A stretch of 64,000 nucleotides of DNA, from positions 360,282,001-360,346,000 of the forward strand of contig OZ024740.1 of the NCBI GenBank assembly GCA_964016885.1. Reading direction: 5' to 3'. Positions within the stretch are counted from its first letter, which is position 1, and every line of letters begins with the position of its first letter. Positions 11,780 through 55,130 of the stretch are shown here, one piece after another. The position numbers were made by a program, and so were the translations under genes. The notes beneath the pieces were generated by a model. That model had not been told where the DNA came from, did no database searches, and saw only the letters and a program-made list of their open reading frames with translations. Origin of the DNA: Eledone cirrhosa (taxonomy: Eukaryota).

Positions 11780-12500
11780 CAAAGGTTTAGCTGGCATGCC
11801 AAGAGAAATGATTAATTAAGAGTTTAAGGGGGTACGGTCAACTGGCTGAGGCGTTAGCCAGACTCGTAGTGATATTTGTTGCTACATATTGTCTATGCTT
11901 GAGGAACGAAAGCAAGAGATGTTTACCTTCACGGTGTCGAGCTGCAAGAGAGAGATTTTCGAATCGCAGCGGGAATTTTTCCCTCTGGGCGGAAGTCGAG
12001 ATACATTTTCCTATGCTGGTAGCGATTGGCTGAACTGAGCCAAACAAGGTACGGAGAATGTATCCATGAGTCCTCAGAATGTAGGTCACTACAGAGTAAC
12101 CGAATTAGTCCAAGGGAATGTTGTGGCAAATATCATCATAAGGCATTACAACGTTTTTTGGTATATAATTTATTTACAAAACCTGAGAAGTTGAGTTAGC
12201 TGTGAAGACATGTCATAAGAAATGAAATGAAACAAATTAAGATGCTGTAAAAGGAGTACACAGGCCGGTGGCTAATATGGGGCCTCGGTGCTGTAATTGT
12301 TCGATAGCTACATTTTGGAAAGTTTGTTGAGCAAAATCAAGAGATGTTTACATTCTGGTGACGAGATTCAAAGAGAGAGATTTTCTAAGAGAAGCGGAAA
12401 TTTTCCCTTTCGACGGAAGTTGAAATACATTTTCCTACGCTGATAGCGATTGGCTGAATTGAGCCAAACAACGCCATCAGAATGTAGGTCACTACAAGTT
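11780..12500. repeat. Diverged tandem duplication (about 425-bp period) inside an unclassified insert
   Basis: AAGAGATGTTTAC...AGCGATTGGCTGAA(C/T)TGAGCCAAACAA at about 11914-12046 and 12339-12471. Confidence 0.75.
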
Positions 12501-12847
12501 CGAAGGCGACCTTCGACTCCCTCTTCCTCCAGTCGGATCAGTTTACAAGGTGCCTCTTACTATCTGCCAGCGCCAAATACTCAGGCGACTGGGTTGATGC
12601 CCTACCCGTGGCCAACGTCGATGGCCTACTCAGCCTGGATGAACTTCGTGTCTCCATCGCCCTCAGAGTGGGAGCTAACGTCTGCATGGGTTTGAGGTGC
12701 CGATGCGGAAAACTCCTAGACTCCACGGTCTTTCTTGCCGCATGAATGCCGGCCGCTTCGCGCGTCACACGGAGCTAAACCTCATTCTCGAGAGACCTTT
12801 GGCCCGGGCGAACATCCTCTCAATCTTAGAACCATCTGGGTTGTTCA

Positions 12848-13099
12848 TGTGGGTATGGTGTGGTGTGCGGTGGCCGGAAGCAGGGGAGTGCTCGACCGGA
12901 AGGGTGCTTGGCCGGAAGGATGCTCGACCGGAAGGGCCATCAGATGGCCCTCTCTAGTGGTGACCAGCAACGGTGTGGACGCGAGTTTTGGCAGCTACCG
13001 GTGTTAAGCAGTTGGACGCACGTGGAAGAGGAGAGACCAGCAGCGGAATTTAGCGGCGCTTATGAAAAGCGGTAAGTGAGATAGCTTTTTCTAACCACA
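12848..13099 (+). repeat. 5' LTR
   Basis: TG...CA termini; I count 10 substitutions relative to the 3' LTR (about 96% identity). Confidence 0.95.
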
Positions 13100-13222
13100 A
13101 GCTATTTCGGCACTGGAAACAGATCTGATTAAAAAAAATAATAAAATAAAAAAGCTACTAGAAAAACAAAGAGGAGTCTGTTATTTTTTTTTTTTATCAC
13201 GTACCGCAAGACAAATTAGAAG

Positions 13223-13984
13223 ATGGCGACAAGACTACGAACAAGCGAAGCTATCAGGCCATTTACCGGGGTAGGTGATGTTGTCGCTTGGCTGCGAAAA
13301 GTCCGGCTGGTCGCAAGCTTGCAGAAGATAGAAGATGTGGCTCGCCTCATGGCACTGTACCTCGAGGGGGACGCGTTGGTACTCTTCCTTGAGTTGGACG
13401 AACACAGCGAAAGAGATGCGCAAAAGATTGAGAGGTGAATGATAGAAGCATTCGCAGAGGGACCGTTAGCCGCTTTCGCTAAGCTGGCAAGAATTAGATG
13501 GAACGGTGAGCGCGTCGACATTTTTGCAGCGGAAATACGGCGATTGGCTATGTTGGCTGGATATCAGGTGGAATGCGAACGCACGGTGCGGTTGGCGTTC
13601 ATAAATGGATTTCCAGACGACATAGCGGTGAAACTGCAGCAAGTCCCGGGTTACAAAGAAATGGAAATGCGTTCACTGGTGGAACAAGCTCGCATCATAG
13701 CAGAGGATGCCAAAAAGAGTGTTGCAGCGATAGCAACTACAGAGGCTCAAGACAGCTGGCAGCGAAATGGTGGAAGGGAGGCAACCACGGCACGCGGTCG
13801 CCCACGAACGTTTAGAGGTCGCTGTTTTCGGTGCCAGAGCCGGCACATGGCTAGAGACTGCAGAGAGTCAAGGCCGGAAATAATATGCTACCGGTGTAAG
13901 CGACCAGACGACATCGCTACTAACTGCGACCAGAGAAACGATCCAAGGGGAACTACTGCGCCGGTAGTTGCCCCTTACGAGTAG
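13223..13984 (+). pseudogene. Gypsy gag with two CCHC-type knuckles (second degenerate); in-frame TGA at 13436-13438
   Basis: CFRCQSRHMARDC and CYRCKRPDDIATNC; the two ORF pieces are in the same frame. Confidence 0.85.
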
Positions 13985-16709
13985 AGGCGCTGCCCGTGGT
14001 GGAAGTCTTCGTGAGGGGAAAGCCACAGCGAGCCCTCGTGAACACGGGCTGTACGACGACACTGGTGACCGCGGGGGTGGTGCAGAGGTGGAGAGGGAAG
14101 AGCAGCGTAAGGGCAGTCGACGGCAGGAAAATTGAATGCCGAGGTCGCAGCGAGATGGAAATAGCGGTACGGGGAAGGAAAATAAGGCTTTCTGCCATCG
14201 TAGTAGACAACGTGGTGGATGGGATCGGCGTGGTTATGGGAATGGACGCAATTGGCCGTCTAGGAGGCGTCACAGTGAACAACGTCGATGTGTCGTTTGG
14301 AGAAATACCCCGCTTACACTGTGCAGGACAAAGACTTCAAGGCTGTGTTCGATGGGTTGTTGAGTGGTACTGGAAGGGAGAACCACCAGCACTGAAGACC
14401 AAAGTGGGCTGCTATCAACACACATTGAAGGGAAACATTAGGAGCGAGTTCGAGCGAGAGGTAGAGAGATGGATCGAGGAGGGCATACTGCTTCCCTGGA
14501 AAGAGGAGGTGAAGTGCGGAGTATTGCCGTTAATGGCGGTGGCGCAACCCACGAAGAACAAGGTGAGACCGGTACTGGACTTTCGGGAGCTGAACGAGCA
14601 CGTCTCATGCCACACGGGTGGCGAGGTCACGGATGTCTGTGGGGAAACCCTGCGTGAGTGGAGACGCATGACGGGGGGGGGGTTTCAGCAATCGTAGATC
14701 TAAAGTCGGCATACTTGCAATTGCATATAGATGAGAAGCTCTGGCAGTATCAGCTGGTCAGGTATAAAGGCCGGACATATTGCCTGACCAGGCTCGGTTT
14801 CGGGCTGAGCTCCGCACCGAAGATCCTGGCGGCGGTCCTCAAGACCATTCTGGGAAAGGCCGACAAGATGAAGTGGGCCACTAACTCCTGTATTGACGAC
14901 ATCCTAGTGGACGAGTCTGTGGTGTCGGCGGCGGAGGTCACGAGCCATTTACAGGGGTATGGACTGGCTGCGAAGCCGTCAGAAGCGTTGGAGGGAGGAG
15001 CCGCGCTGGGACTTAGGCTACGGCGAGACAGGACGGGCGTCTTGGTATTCCAGAGGGGAAATGAAGTTCCAGAACTGGGCCCAAGTATGAGTAGGCGGGA
15101 ACTTTTCTCGGTGTGTGGAAAGTTGGTGGGTCACTACCCGATTGCTGGGTGGCTCCGGACGGCATGCAGCTATGTCAAGAGACGAGCGCGGGGAGTGACC
15201 GAGTGGGAGAGAGGACAGTGGCCATGATGCAGGAGATCGTGGGGAGGGTGAAGGCCGACGACCCAGTGCGGGGACGCTGGTATGTTCACAAATCACAGAG
15301 TGGGACCGTATGGTGCGATGCCAGCAGCATAGCGCTGGGTGTTACGTTGGAGATAGGTGTTGAGGTCGAGGATGCAGCCTGGCTTAGGAAGAAGGACGAC
15401 TGCAACCACATCAATGTGGCCGAGTTGGACGCAGTGTTGAGAGGGGTGAACCTCCCCCTGAGGTGGGGACTGCGCACCATCGAGATACGCACTGACTCGG
15501 CTACTGTACTCGGATGGGTGAGATCAGTGCTCACCAGTGAGAAGAGAGTGCGAACGAGAGGGGCGGCGGAGATGCTGATAAAGCGCCGCCTGGGAACTTT
15601 AGGAGAGCTGGCCAGCGAGTTCGACCTGAGGCTGAGCGTAGTTTTCGTGCCCTCAGAGAAAAATAGGGCGGACATCTTAACTAGGGTGAAGAAAGCCTGG
15701 ATGGAAGCGCCGGAGGAGGTAGATGAGATAGCTGCCGTGTGTCGGCTGACCGAGTCGGATCTGAAAGGGTTGCATGACATGCACCACATGGGAGTGGATA
15801 GGAGCCTGTTCCTAGCCAGGAGAATCGACTCGGACGTTAACAGACAGTGTTCAAAGGGTGGTTAGAGGCTGCGTCCGATGTCAGTCCATTGATCCCGCCC
15901 CGGGTGTACACGAAACGGGAAGCCTCCCGGTGGATCGCGACTGGAAGCGATTGGCGGTGGATGTAACGCACTACCGACAGGGAAGGTACCTCTCGATGGT
16001 CGACTGTGGACCAGGACGGATGGCGATATGGAGGGAGATGAAGACTGGAACGGCCGAGGAAATCATGCGGACGTTGAGAGAGGTGTTCTTGGAGCGGGGC
16101 TCTGTGGACGAACTGCTGATGGACAACAGCGCAGCGTTCCGCTCGAAGGCGCTGAGGGAGATGCTCGATGGATGGAAGGTGGACCGTTTCTTCAGAGCAG
16201 CACACAGGCCGAGCGGGAATGAAATTGTGGAGCGACACCACCGGACGATCAAGGCAATGGTGGAGCGGGGCCATATCTCACCAATGGAGGCAGTGTTCTT
16301 GTACAATATGTCCCCTCGGGTGGGACAGGTCGAGGAATCGGTGTCACACAGAGCAGTATTCAGATACGAGTGGCGGCACCCGTGCACGCCACCACAACGG
16401 CCAGTGGGGAGAGAGAGTGCATTCGTGCAGGTGGGCGAAGAAGTCTGGGTTAAGCCCCCAGATGCACGTTGCACATCTCAATGGGGAAGGGGAACGGTGA
16501 CGGCCGTAAATTCCCAGAACAATGTGCCCGTGGACGGAGTACCACGTCATGTCCTGGATGTCCGTAGAATCACTGTGTCAACGGACTCCGAGGAAGAGGA
16601 AACCCAAAGTGCTGCCCCAACACTGCGGAGATCGCAAAGAAGTCGTAAACCACCAACCTGGACAGCAGACTTTCATATGCAGAATGACGAGGGGGAACTT
16701 GATCCTTGA
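13933..16709 (+). pseudogene. Gypsy pol (protease, RT, RNase H, integrase), frameshifted
   Basis: ALVNTGC (DTG mutated), RPVLDFRELN, DLKSAYLQ, LGFGL, CIDD, WCDAS, HINVAELDA, TDS, H..HHMG...CVRC, AVDVTH, MDN, IVERHHRTIK across four frames. Confidence 0.9.
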
Positions 16710-16722
16710 GATCAGGGAGGCG

Positions 16723-16974
16723 TGTGGGTATGGTGTGGCGTGCGGTGGCCGGAAGCGGGGGAGTGCTCGACCGGAAGGGTGCTTGGCCGGAAGGATGCTC
16801 GACCGGAAGGGCCAGCAGATGGCCCTCTCTAGTGGTGACCAACAACGGGGTGGACGCGAATTTTGGCAGCTCCCGGTGTTAAGCAGTTGGACGCACGTGG
16901 AAGAGGAGAGACCAGCAGTGGAATTTAGCGACGCCTATGAAAAGCGGTAAGTGAGATAGCTTTTTCTAACCACA
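16723..16974 (+). repeat. 3' LTR
   Basis: Same length as the 5' LTR and preceded by AGGGAGGCG. Confidence 0.95.
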
Positions 16975-18905
16975 GTCCAAGAGTGACGGCAAAATACCTG
17001 ACGGCCTTACCCTGTGCCCCTGGTCGAGAAGCAGGTGCCTTGTCTGGGACGCCACTGTTAGTGACTCTTTTGCTTCTTCCCACATCCTGGATGCTGCGTT
17101 TAGGACGAGAGCCACAGCTTTCGCAGCCGAGCGGAGCAAGGCCGTCAAAAACTGTGATCTGTCGGCCAGTTACATTTTTCAGCCTGTGGCTTTCGAGACG
17201 TTTAGTGGAGTCGGGCCGCCTGCTGCGAGGTTCCTTTTTTCACTGGCGGCTCGCCTAAAAGAGGTAACTAGCGAATCTCGCGAAGGCGCTTGGTTGTTCC
17301 AGCGCATTAGCCTCGCCATCACCCGAGGCAACGCTGCGAGTGTGCTGGCTTGCCTAAAAAATCATTATAGAGGTTGCCCGGTACTCCTCGCGACGATGCT
17401 GTCTTTTACTCTGGTGTTGGCTGGGTTGTTCACCCCTTCCTTTACATTCTCTTTAATATTGCAACATTAAAAGAATATATCCTTCTGAAAGAATCGCGAG
17501 CAATTTATAATGTTATCTAAGCATTTGTAATGTTATTTATGTATATATTTAAAACATATTTGTTATGTTATCCTACTGTAAAATTATTTATATGCTTTTT
17601 CGATTAAATGTTTCCGTTTTCTACGATTGACAGAATCGTCAAAATATCCAACTGAGAGCTCCTTTAGTTCCATACCTTCCGTCTCCATATTTTCCTGCAT
17701 GCTTTGTTCTGTCTTTTGTTTATTTTGATGTCACTAACTTGTGTTGGATAGTGAGTGAGTGGAAAGAGTGAAGCTCATTACCTCTTTTCTGTGGATGTGT
17801 ATATTTCGCAAAGTCGTTGATGTTTCTATTTGAACAGTAAGAAATTCTCAATATTTTCTATAATCCGTATTTTTACTTTACAATTTTACGGTCAATTGCT
17901 GAAATAGAGAAAAGTTAAAACATTAAAAGAAGAAATCAAAACCATGTAAATTTACCCTTTATTTTTAGAGGGGCTGGAACAATTGATATAGTGATGATAG
18001 ACTTCTTGGCATATGTACGTATAAAAACAAAACAAAACAATATATGTAAAAGTTATTTGAAAGAAATCTTTGTAAAGAGCAAACAAACAAATGATGCATA
18101 TTTATGAACATGTGGTATTGACTGCAATGCCGTGATTTTCATTAAAAAAAAAACATAGCTATCTCTTTGACAGTAAAAGTTTTCATTAAAAATATTGAAA
18201 TTGAGATTTATTGGACTTTATTTTCAGTTTGGTTAAATGTTTTTCAAAATAACAGTATACTATAAATTCATCGAAAAATTATTAAAAAATTCAATTATAA
18301 CATTCTGTATTTATATTTGGTATTAGTGTATACTGCCAGTAATATGTACAGTACATATACACTGTAATTAGTAAACAGATATGCATTTTATCGCAAAAAT
18401 TTTAATTGCACCTTTTTGTTTCCATTTATGTATTTAAAAAAAAATGTTATTTATTCATTATAAAACTTAAATGATAGCATCGTAGTTGTCTTCTGGCAAC
18501 TAATATTTTTAGACCCAGTCCATCACTGACCACAGGTTCAAATTTTTTAAATGTGTTGTCAGAGTGGAGTACGTATGTGTATGCGTATCTGTATGTATTT
18601 GCATGTAGACAACATATAAACCGCGACTGATTGTAAGGGAAATAACTCTAATTGTAATTATTATTAGTACCAGATCTTTTGAACTTCATGTCGTATAAGT
18701 ATGTTTATTGATTAAGTCCGAAGACTTTCTGCGTAAGAAAATTTGTTTTCGTTGTTATATATGTATTCTACGTGCAGGAACTGTTTTATGATTATCTTTT
18801 CGGCTCGTTTATTCGTTGTTGTAAAATAATTGTTATTTCATTGTTTTTTACGGAAAACGTAAACATCACAACCCTTCGTGCGGTGTTATTTAAATTATTG
18901 CTTAT

Positions 18906-18979
<74 letters not shown>

Positions 18980-19689
18980 ATATCTATCTATCTATTTATC
19001 TATATATATATATAAATCTAGGTGACCAGTTTCGAATCCCAGTTGCAACTGTTTTGCTTAATGTGCATCACCCACGTAAATGGGAAAATCAACTTCTACC
19101 TATCGTATTCCCGGTGTGATGTTCTGATAGAAGGGACAATACCAGTAACTATACCCCAAAGAAAGTAAACTTTCTATGAAAATTGTTTACATTTTGATTG
19201 TTATTATCTTTATTAAGAAATGTTATATTTTGGCGGGACTGCACGGTCATGATGTGAATTTTCTTAGGGTCCATGACAAAACAACTGACAAAATCCCCAC
19301 ATTGCAAAAACAATACAGAATTTGAATTCATAATTTTAGTTTATTCTTTAACGGTTAAATTACATTTCTTAATGTTAGCTGTTAAAAAAGATATAAATAG
19401 ATTTTGTTTATTTTTATTGTTATATTTTTACTATGTGTGTCATTTATAACACAATATTTTATACATTTTATACTGGGACGTAATGTCATTTATACAACCA
19501 AGAATTGGCAATTATCATATAAGAAATATATAATATAAGATTGAAAGATGTACATACATACGATTAATTATTGTTATGAACCTTATAAGTATAATACACA
19601 AAAATATATAATGAAAGCGGAAGAAAACAACAAAAACGCCATCAATTCAACCCTAAGTGCGTCGATCGATCCCACACTACAAGTCATCG

Positions 19690-20370
19690 GAAATTTTTGT
19701 GGCAAGCCAACACGCTCGCAGCATTACGCGGGTAATGGCGAGCCTCAGGCACACAAGCATGATATCACACCTCCGTAAGACGAGCGTTACAGAGGTGGGA
19801 TAAGAACTTCGCTGTCAGAGGCCCAGCATCACCAAACGTCTTGAACGTCACAGGCTGGAAAAAGTTATTTGATAATTCTTTATATTTTAATATTGTATAC
19901 TGTTTGGTTATGGAAGCTGTTACCCTCACATTTACCGTGCCATCCAGGATGTGGGAAGTAGCAAAAAAGTCACTGACTGTGGCATGGCCAGTGAGGCATC
20001 TACCTCTTACCCAGGGACAAAGAGTAAGACCATATGGTCTCTTCCCGTCAATTCTGTATAATCCAACCGGCTCCAGCACTGAGGGAAGTTTTACCTGAGC
20101 TAAAGCCCACTTAATGATTAGGTTTAACACAGCATGGTGTGCAAAGCGACCAGCCTTCAGGCAGCAAAAACAACAGAGGCTTGTGGATTTCGAGGGGTTT
20201 ACCACTGCAACATCTCAGACCCCAACAGACGTTTACTCCCACTCTGATTGCAATGGAGATGCAGTGCTCATCCAAACTGAGAATACCACCAATGTTGGCC
20301 ACAGGCAGGGCATCAACCCAGTTCCTTGAGAATTTTGCATTTGCAGAAAGTAGGCAACTTGAAAATGGAT
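19690..20370 (-). mobile_element. Second, more diverged CRE-clade 3' fragment
   Basis: NWVDALPVANIGGILSLDE, GRFAHHAVLN, LEPVGLYRIDGKRPYGLTLCPW; homologous to 12590-12845 plus 16975-17350. Confidence 0.82.
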
Positions 20371-21489
20371 CAAATTGATAAAAAAAGAGTTGAAGGTAGA
20401 AATACAATGGAAATGAAAGTGATGAAATGAATGTCACATAATGATATCATAAAAGAATTGAATTCATACACATACGCATATATATATATATGTATAATAC
20501 ATCATTATCATCGTTTAACGTCTATTTTCCACACTAGCATGGGTTAGATGGGTTTGTCCCATTAGAGGCAAGTTGTCTTGCTCATATAGGACTTTCTGGT
20601 TAGATTTCTATGTCTGGATGCCCAATCTAATGCAAACCATATTTACAGTGTGTGTTGCGTGCTTTTTGCCTTGTCTTCTACATTCTCACATGAAACTGGC
20701 GGAAAGTTTTTAGATAAATATAAACTCGTTAACCCTTTCAAGACTATATTTCTAATGAAATACAATGTTTCAATTAAGTCATGAAGAATTTACTAAACAT
20801 TAATTATTAATTATATCATTACTAACATAGTAACATATGGTTCTTATATAAAATTGTTAATTGAAATAGAAATCATTTAAAATAGGTGATTTTGTTTCAT
20901 AGAACTTTAGCAGGAGTATTAGGTGATTTGTTGTACTTGGGAAAGTTAATTTATTAAAGCATTGAAACTGACCAACAACGAGACAAACTGTTAATTATCT
21001 TAACCATGGAATGCAACAGAACCATATTACATTATATTGTTTTACATAGTTCACAGAATATGTAATTATAAACATGGAAAAGAGTATTTTGTTGCATGGA
21101 ATTTGTGAGATGTATTATAGAGTGAATGTCGAGATGAAGTTTTACCAACCTGTGGTGGCATGCTTGACTGTAGGTGTGCAACATCCCAACAAAGAAATGA
21201 GACCAGAGAGGGAAACCAAGAGAGTTGGGCTTAATATACCCTTTAGTGTCATCATAGCTGTTTTCGATGTGGTCATAGCTATTTTAGTCTGCATTTAGGA
21301 ATATCACATGGTATGAAAATGCACTGACAGGCAGCATTTCTGTAAGCACAGCAAATGTAACTAGAGAGCCAGACCTATTTTGGCTAGGTTAAAACAAACA
21401 GCTCTATGTTGTAAATACAGCAATGTTTTCAGCATACATCTTTAGTATGTTTTCATGTATAGCTTTTTGTTTCTGATTTCAGTTTTACT

Positions 21490-52164
<30,675 letters not shown>

Positions 52165-52597
52165 GTGAGTTACTTACACATTTCTACTCCTACATATCTT
52201 ATCCATCTATCAGCTATTACATGAAAGTGGTTGTATCTGTGGTGTAAAATGTTTGTCTCCTGGAAAGGGTATGGTAAAGGTGTGTGTCTGTGTGTGCCCG
52301 AGAGAGAGAGAGAGAGAGAGAGTAATGGGCGGGATGATCTTGTGGCTGTTTGGAAAGGGGTTGTTAGTAAGTGTGTGTATGTGCGAGCAGTGGTGGCAGT
52401 GATCTCACATCTTTATGGAGAGGGGATGGTAAGAGTTTGTGAGAGAGAGAAGCATTATATTTATGCATTATTGTTTATTCTCAAATCATAAATGAGTAAA
52501 ATATTCTATTTTGGTAGTTTCAGTCATTTATTAAATATATTTGATTGATTTTGTTGAGTTCCATATATATATTATTTGTGTGTTTGTATGTATATAT

Positions 52598-55130
52598 GTC
52601 ATCATCGTTTAACGTCCATCTTCCACGCTAGCATGGGTTAGACGGGAGTTGTCCCACTTGAGGCAATGTTGGTCGGGTGACCGTGTCTCGCTCATATAGG
52701 ACTATTTCGCAGGGTTTCTACGGTTTAGACAGAAATTGTCCCACTTGAGGCAAGTTTGATCGTCTCGCTCGTATAGGACTGTCTGGCAGGTTTTCTACGG
52801 CTGGATGCCCTTCCTAACACCAACCACATTTACAGTGTGGAACTGGGAACTTTTTACTGTGTTACCTACACGGCCACATTACAGCGTGGACTATTTTTTT
52901 TGTCATGAGAGCTACACAATCTCGATCTCATTATCTCATTTATTTGGACTGGATGTTGTGGTACCAACTTTACAGAGAGAGGTTGGTGGGAGTGAGAGGA
53001 TAGGGTAGGGGTAGTGGATTGGGTGGTATATTTGGTTGAGAGGTGCCTACTGACTAGGTTTCGCTTTGTACATAGGCAAGGCGGGTCTTCTGTATTACTG
53101 CATAGCGCCAAAGATGTAGAGAGGTGCAAGTGTGTAAGGTTGGAATTTATCAGATCGTCCCAGGTTTTTCTGGGTCTACCTACTTCCATAACTACCATCA
53201 ATTTTGATCGGCCTGCACTTTTTTATGCAGCTGTCATCTTTCATGCGCATCACGTGACCATACCAACGTAGTCTTCTCTCAAGTAAACACCATCTGATCC
53301 CTCTTATTCCTAATTTCTCACTTAGTTCATTTATGCTTTGCCGTTCACGTATATTACTATTACACATCCAACGGAGCATGCATGCTTCATTCCTTTCCAG
53401 TCTGCGCAGGTCCTCTGCACGTAATGCCCAGGTCTCACTGCCATGTAGCATTGATGTTCGTATACAGGCATCATACAATCTGCCTTTCATTTTTAGAGAG
53501 AAACCTTTTGTGACCAAAACGGTATAAGCTTTCTGAACTTTTTCCATCCCGTTCTGACTCTGGCTACTGTACGTTCAGAACACCCTCCACCACTGCTGAT
53601 TTTGTCACCCAGTAACGGAAAGTGTCCACTATTTCTATAGAACCATCTGGGCAATAGAAGGAGCTAGTATCCTGTGGATACCTGCTACCTATTTGCACCT
53701 GAGCATTGGCCACATATAAAGTCTACGTTCTTAGATAGTTTACCTGTGATCCCACTACATCTTTTATATACCCATACTTTGCATTTGGGACATAAAATGG
53801 AATTTCTGCCTACTCCTTTCCTACACACTGAGCATGGCCATTTCCCTGAGAGCACCTGTGCCCTATTTTCTTTTCTACAAACTAGAACTTTAGTCTTAGA
53901 CAAGTTAACTTTAAGGCCTTTTGATTCTAGGCTATGCTTCCATGTTTGGAATTTCTTCTCTAGTTCAGCCATTGATTCAGCTATGAGTGTTAGATCATCT
54001 GCGTATAGGAGTTCCCATGGGCAGCCGGTCTTGAACTCCTCTGTTATAGCCTGAAGGGCAATAATAAATAAGAGGAGGCTAAGGACAGAGCCTTGATGAA
54101 CGCCAACTTTTATACTAAATTCTTCACAATATTCATTGTTAATTCTAACCTTACTGACTGTTTCATTATACATAGCTTGTATAGCTCTCACAAGCCATTC
54201 ATCAACACCTAGTTATCTAAGAGCCCACCAGATAATGGAGCGGAGGACTCTGTCAAAGGCTTTCTCCAGGTCTACAAAAGCTAAGTAGAGGGGTTTACTT
54301 TTAGCTAGGTACTTCTCTTGTAGTTGTCGTACAAGGAAAAGATCAATTCTCTCTCTGATTAGTTGCACTATAACTCTTTCTGTGACCTTCATGACCTGGT
54401 CAACTAACTTAATGCTTCTATAGTTTCCCCTATCTAGAGCATCCCCTTTACCCTTGTAGCAGTTAATGCTGCTGCTGCTACACCAGTCTTGGTAAGACCC
54501 TATTCTGTATTACTTGGTTAACTATACGGGTGACCATAGTGTCTCACCATACCAGATGCCTTCAACATCTCAGCAACTATCTCCGAAGGCCCAGCTGCCT
54601 TGCCTGTCTTCATATCTTTGATTGCCTTACTTATTATACTACCTTTAACTTGCACCGCTGGTCCTTCTATTGGATCGATTTGGGGCAGACTATCTTTTTC
54701 CCATTTATTCTACTTATTTAATAGTCTCTCGTAGTGACACTTCCAGGCTATCTTCTTATCAGTATCAGTGAGCGCAAGTACACCATTATCATTACGGACA
54801 CACTTCTCCCCGACAATATCACGGTTTTCCTTGACAAATTGTCCAGCAATCCTGAACACCTCACGTTTTTGGTCCTTACGTTGTAGAACATGCTTGAACT
54901 TTCTATCCTCTGCTTCCCTTTTTGCAAGGTACACTTGTCTCCTAGCTACTCTCCTGGCCACTTGATAGTGCTCTCTACTTCCCCCATGCTGCCATACTTT
55001 CCAAGCCTGCCTTTTGGCCTTAATTGTCTCTTCCACCTTACTGTTCCACCACCAAGTTACTCTCCTCCTGCCAATAGGTCTGCTCCAGCCACAGATTTCA
55101 TCCGTTGCTTTCGGCAGGTTCACTTCCAAA
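52598..55130 (-). mobile_element. RTE LINE (PHD-in-RT family), 5'-truncated, long 3' UTR, frameshifted
   Basis: VTWWWN, VGVHQGSVLS, WELLYADD, CSVC..CPKC..YKRC..CGQC, HGSETW, RRLRWYGHV. Confidence 0.92.

Larger units (their letters stand above)
12848..16974 (+). mobile_element. Full-length Ty3/Gypsy LTR retrotransposon (inactivated)
   Basis: Two 252-bp LTRs TGTGG...CCACA, TSD GTTCA/GTCCA, purine tract before the 3' LTR; domain order gag-PR-RT-RH-IN. Confidence 0.95.
11010..17470 (+). mobile_element. CRE-clade (restriction-like endonuclease) non-LTR element, interrupted by an unknown insert (about 11505-12500) and a Gypsy element (12848-16974)
   Basis: QAALPKRFEGLGLR; CRCG...HGLSC; ARHTELN; after the Gypsy element it resumes DGKIPDGLT...WDATV...AFETF...LFQRISLAITRGNA. 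Confidence 0.82.

Noticed and set aside
13436-13438. In-frame TGA in gag as programmed readthrough or selenocysteine
   Set aside because: The element has many other disabling mutations (NTG protease, frameshifts), so simple decay is more likely.
13216-16845. Numerous antisense and alternate-frame ORFs over the Gypsy, Tx1 and CR1 elements
   Set aside because: Shadow ORFs of GC-richer coding sequence with no recognisable motifs.
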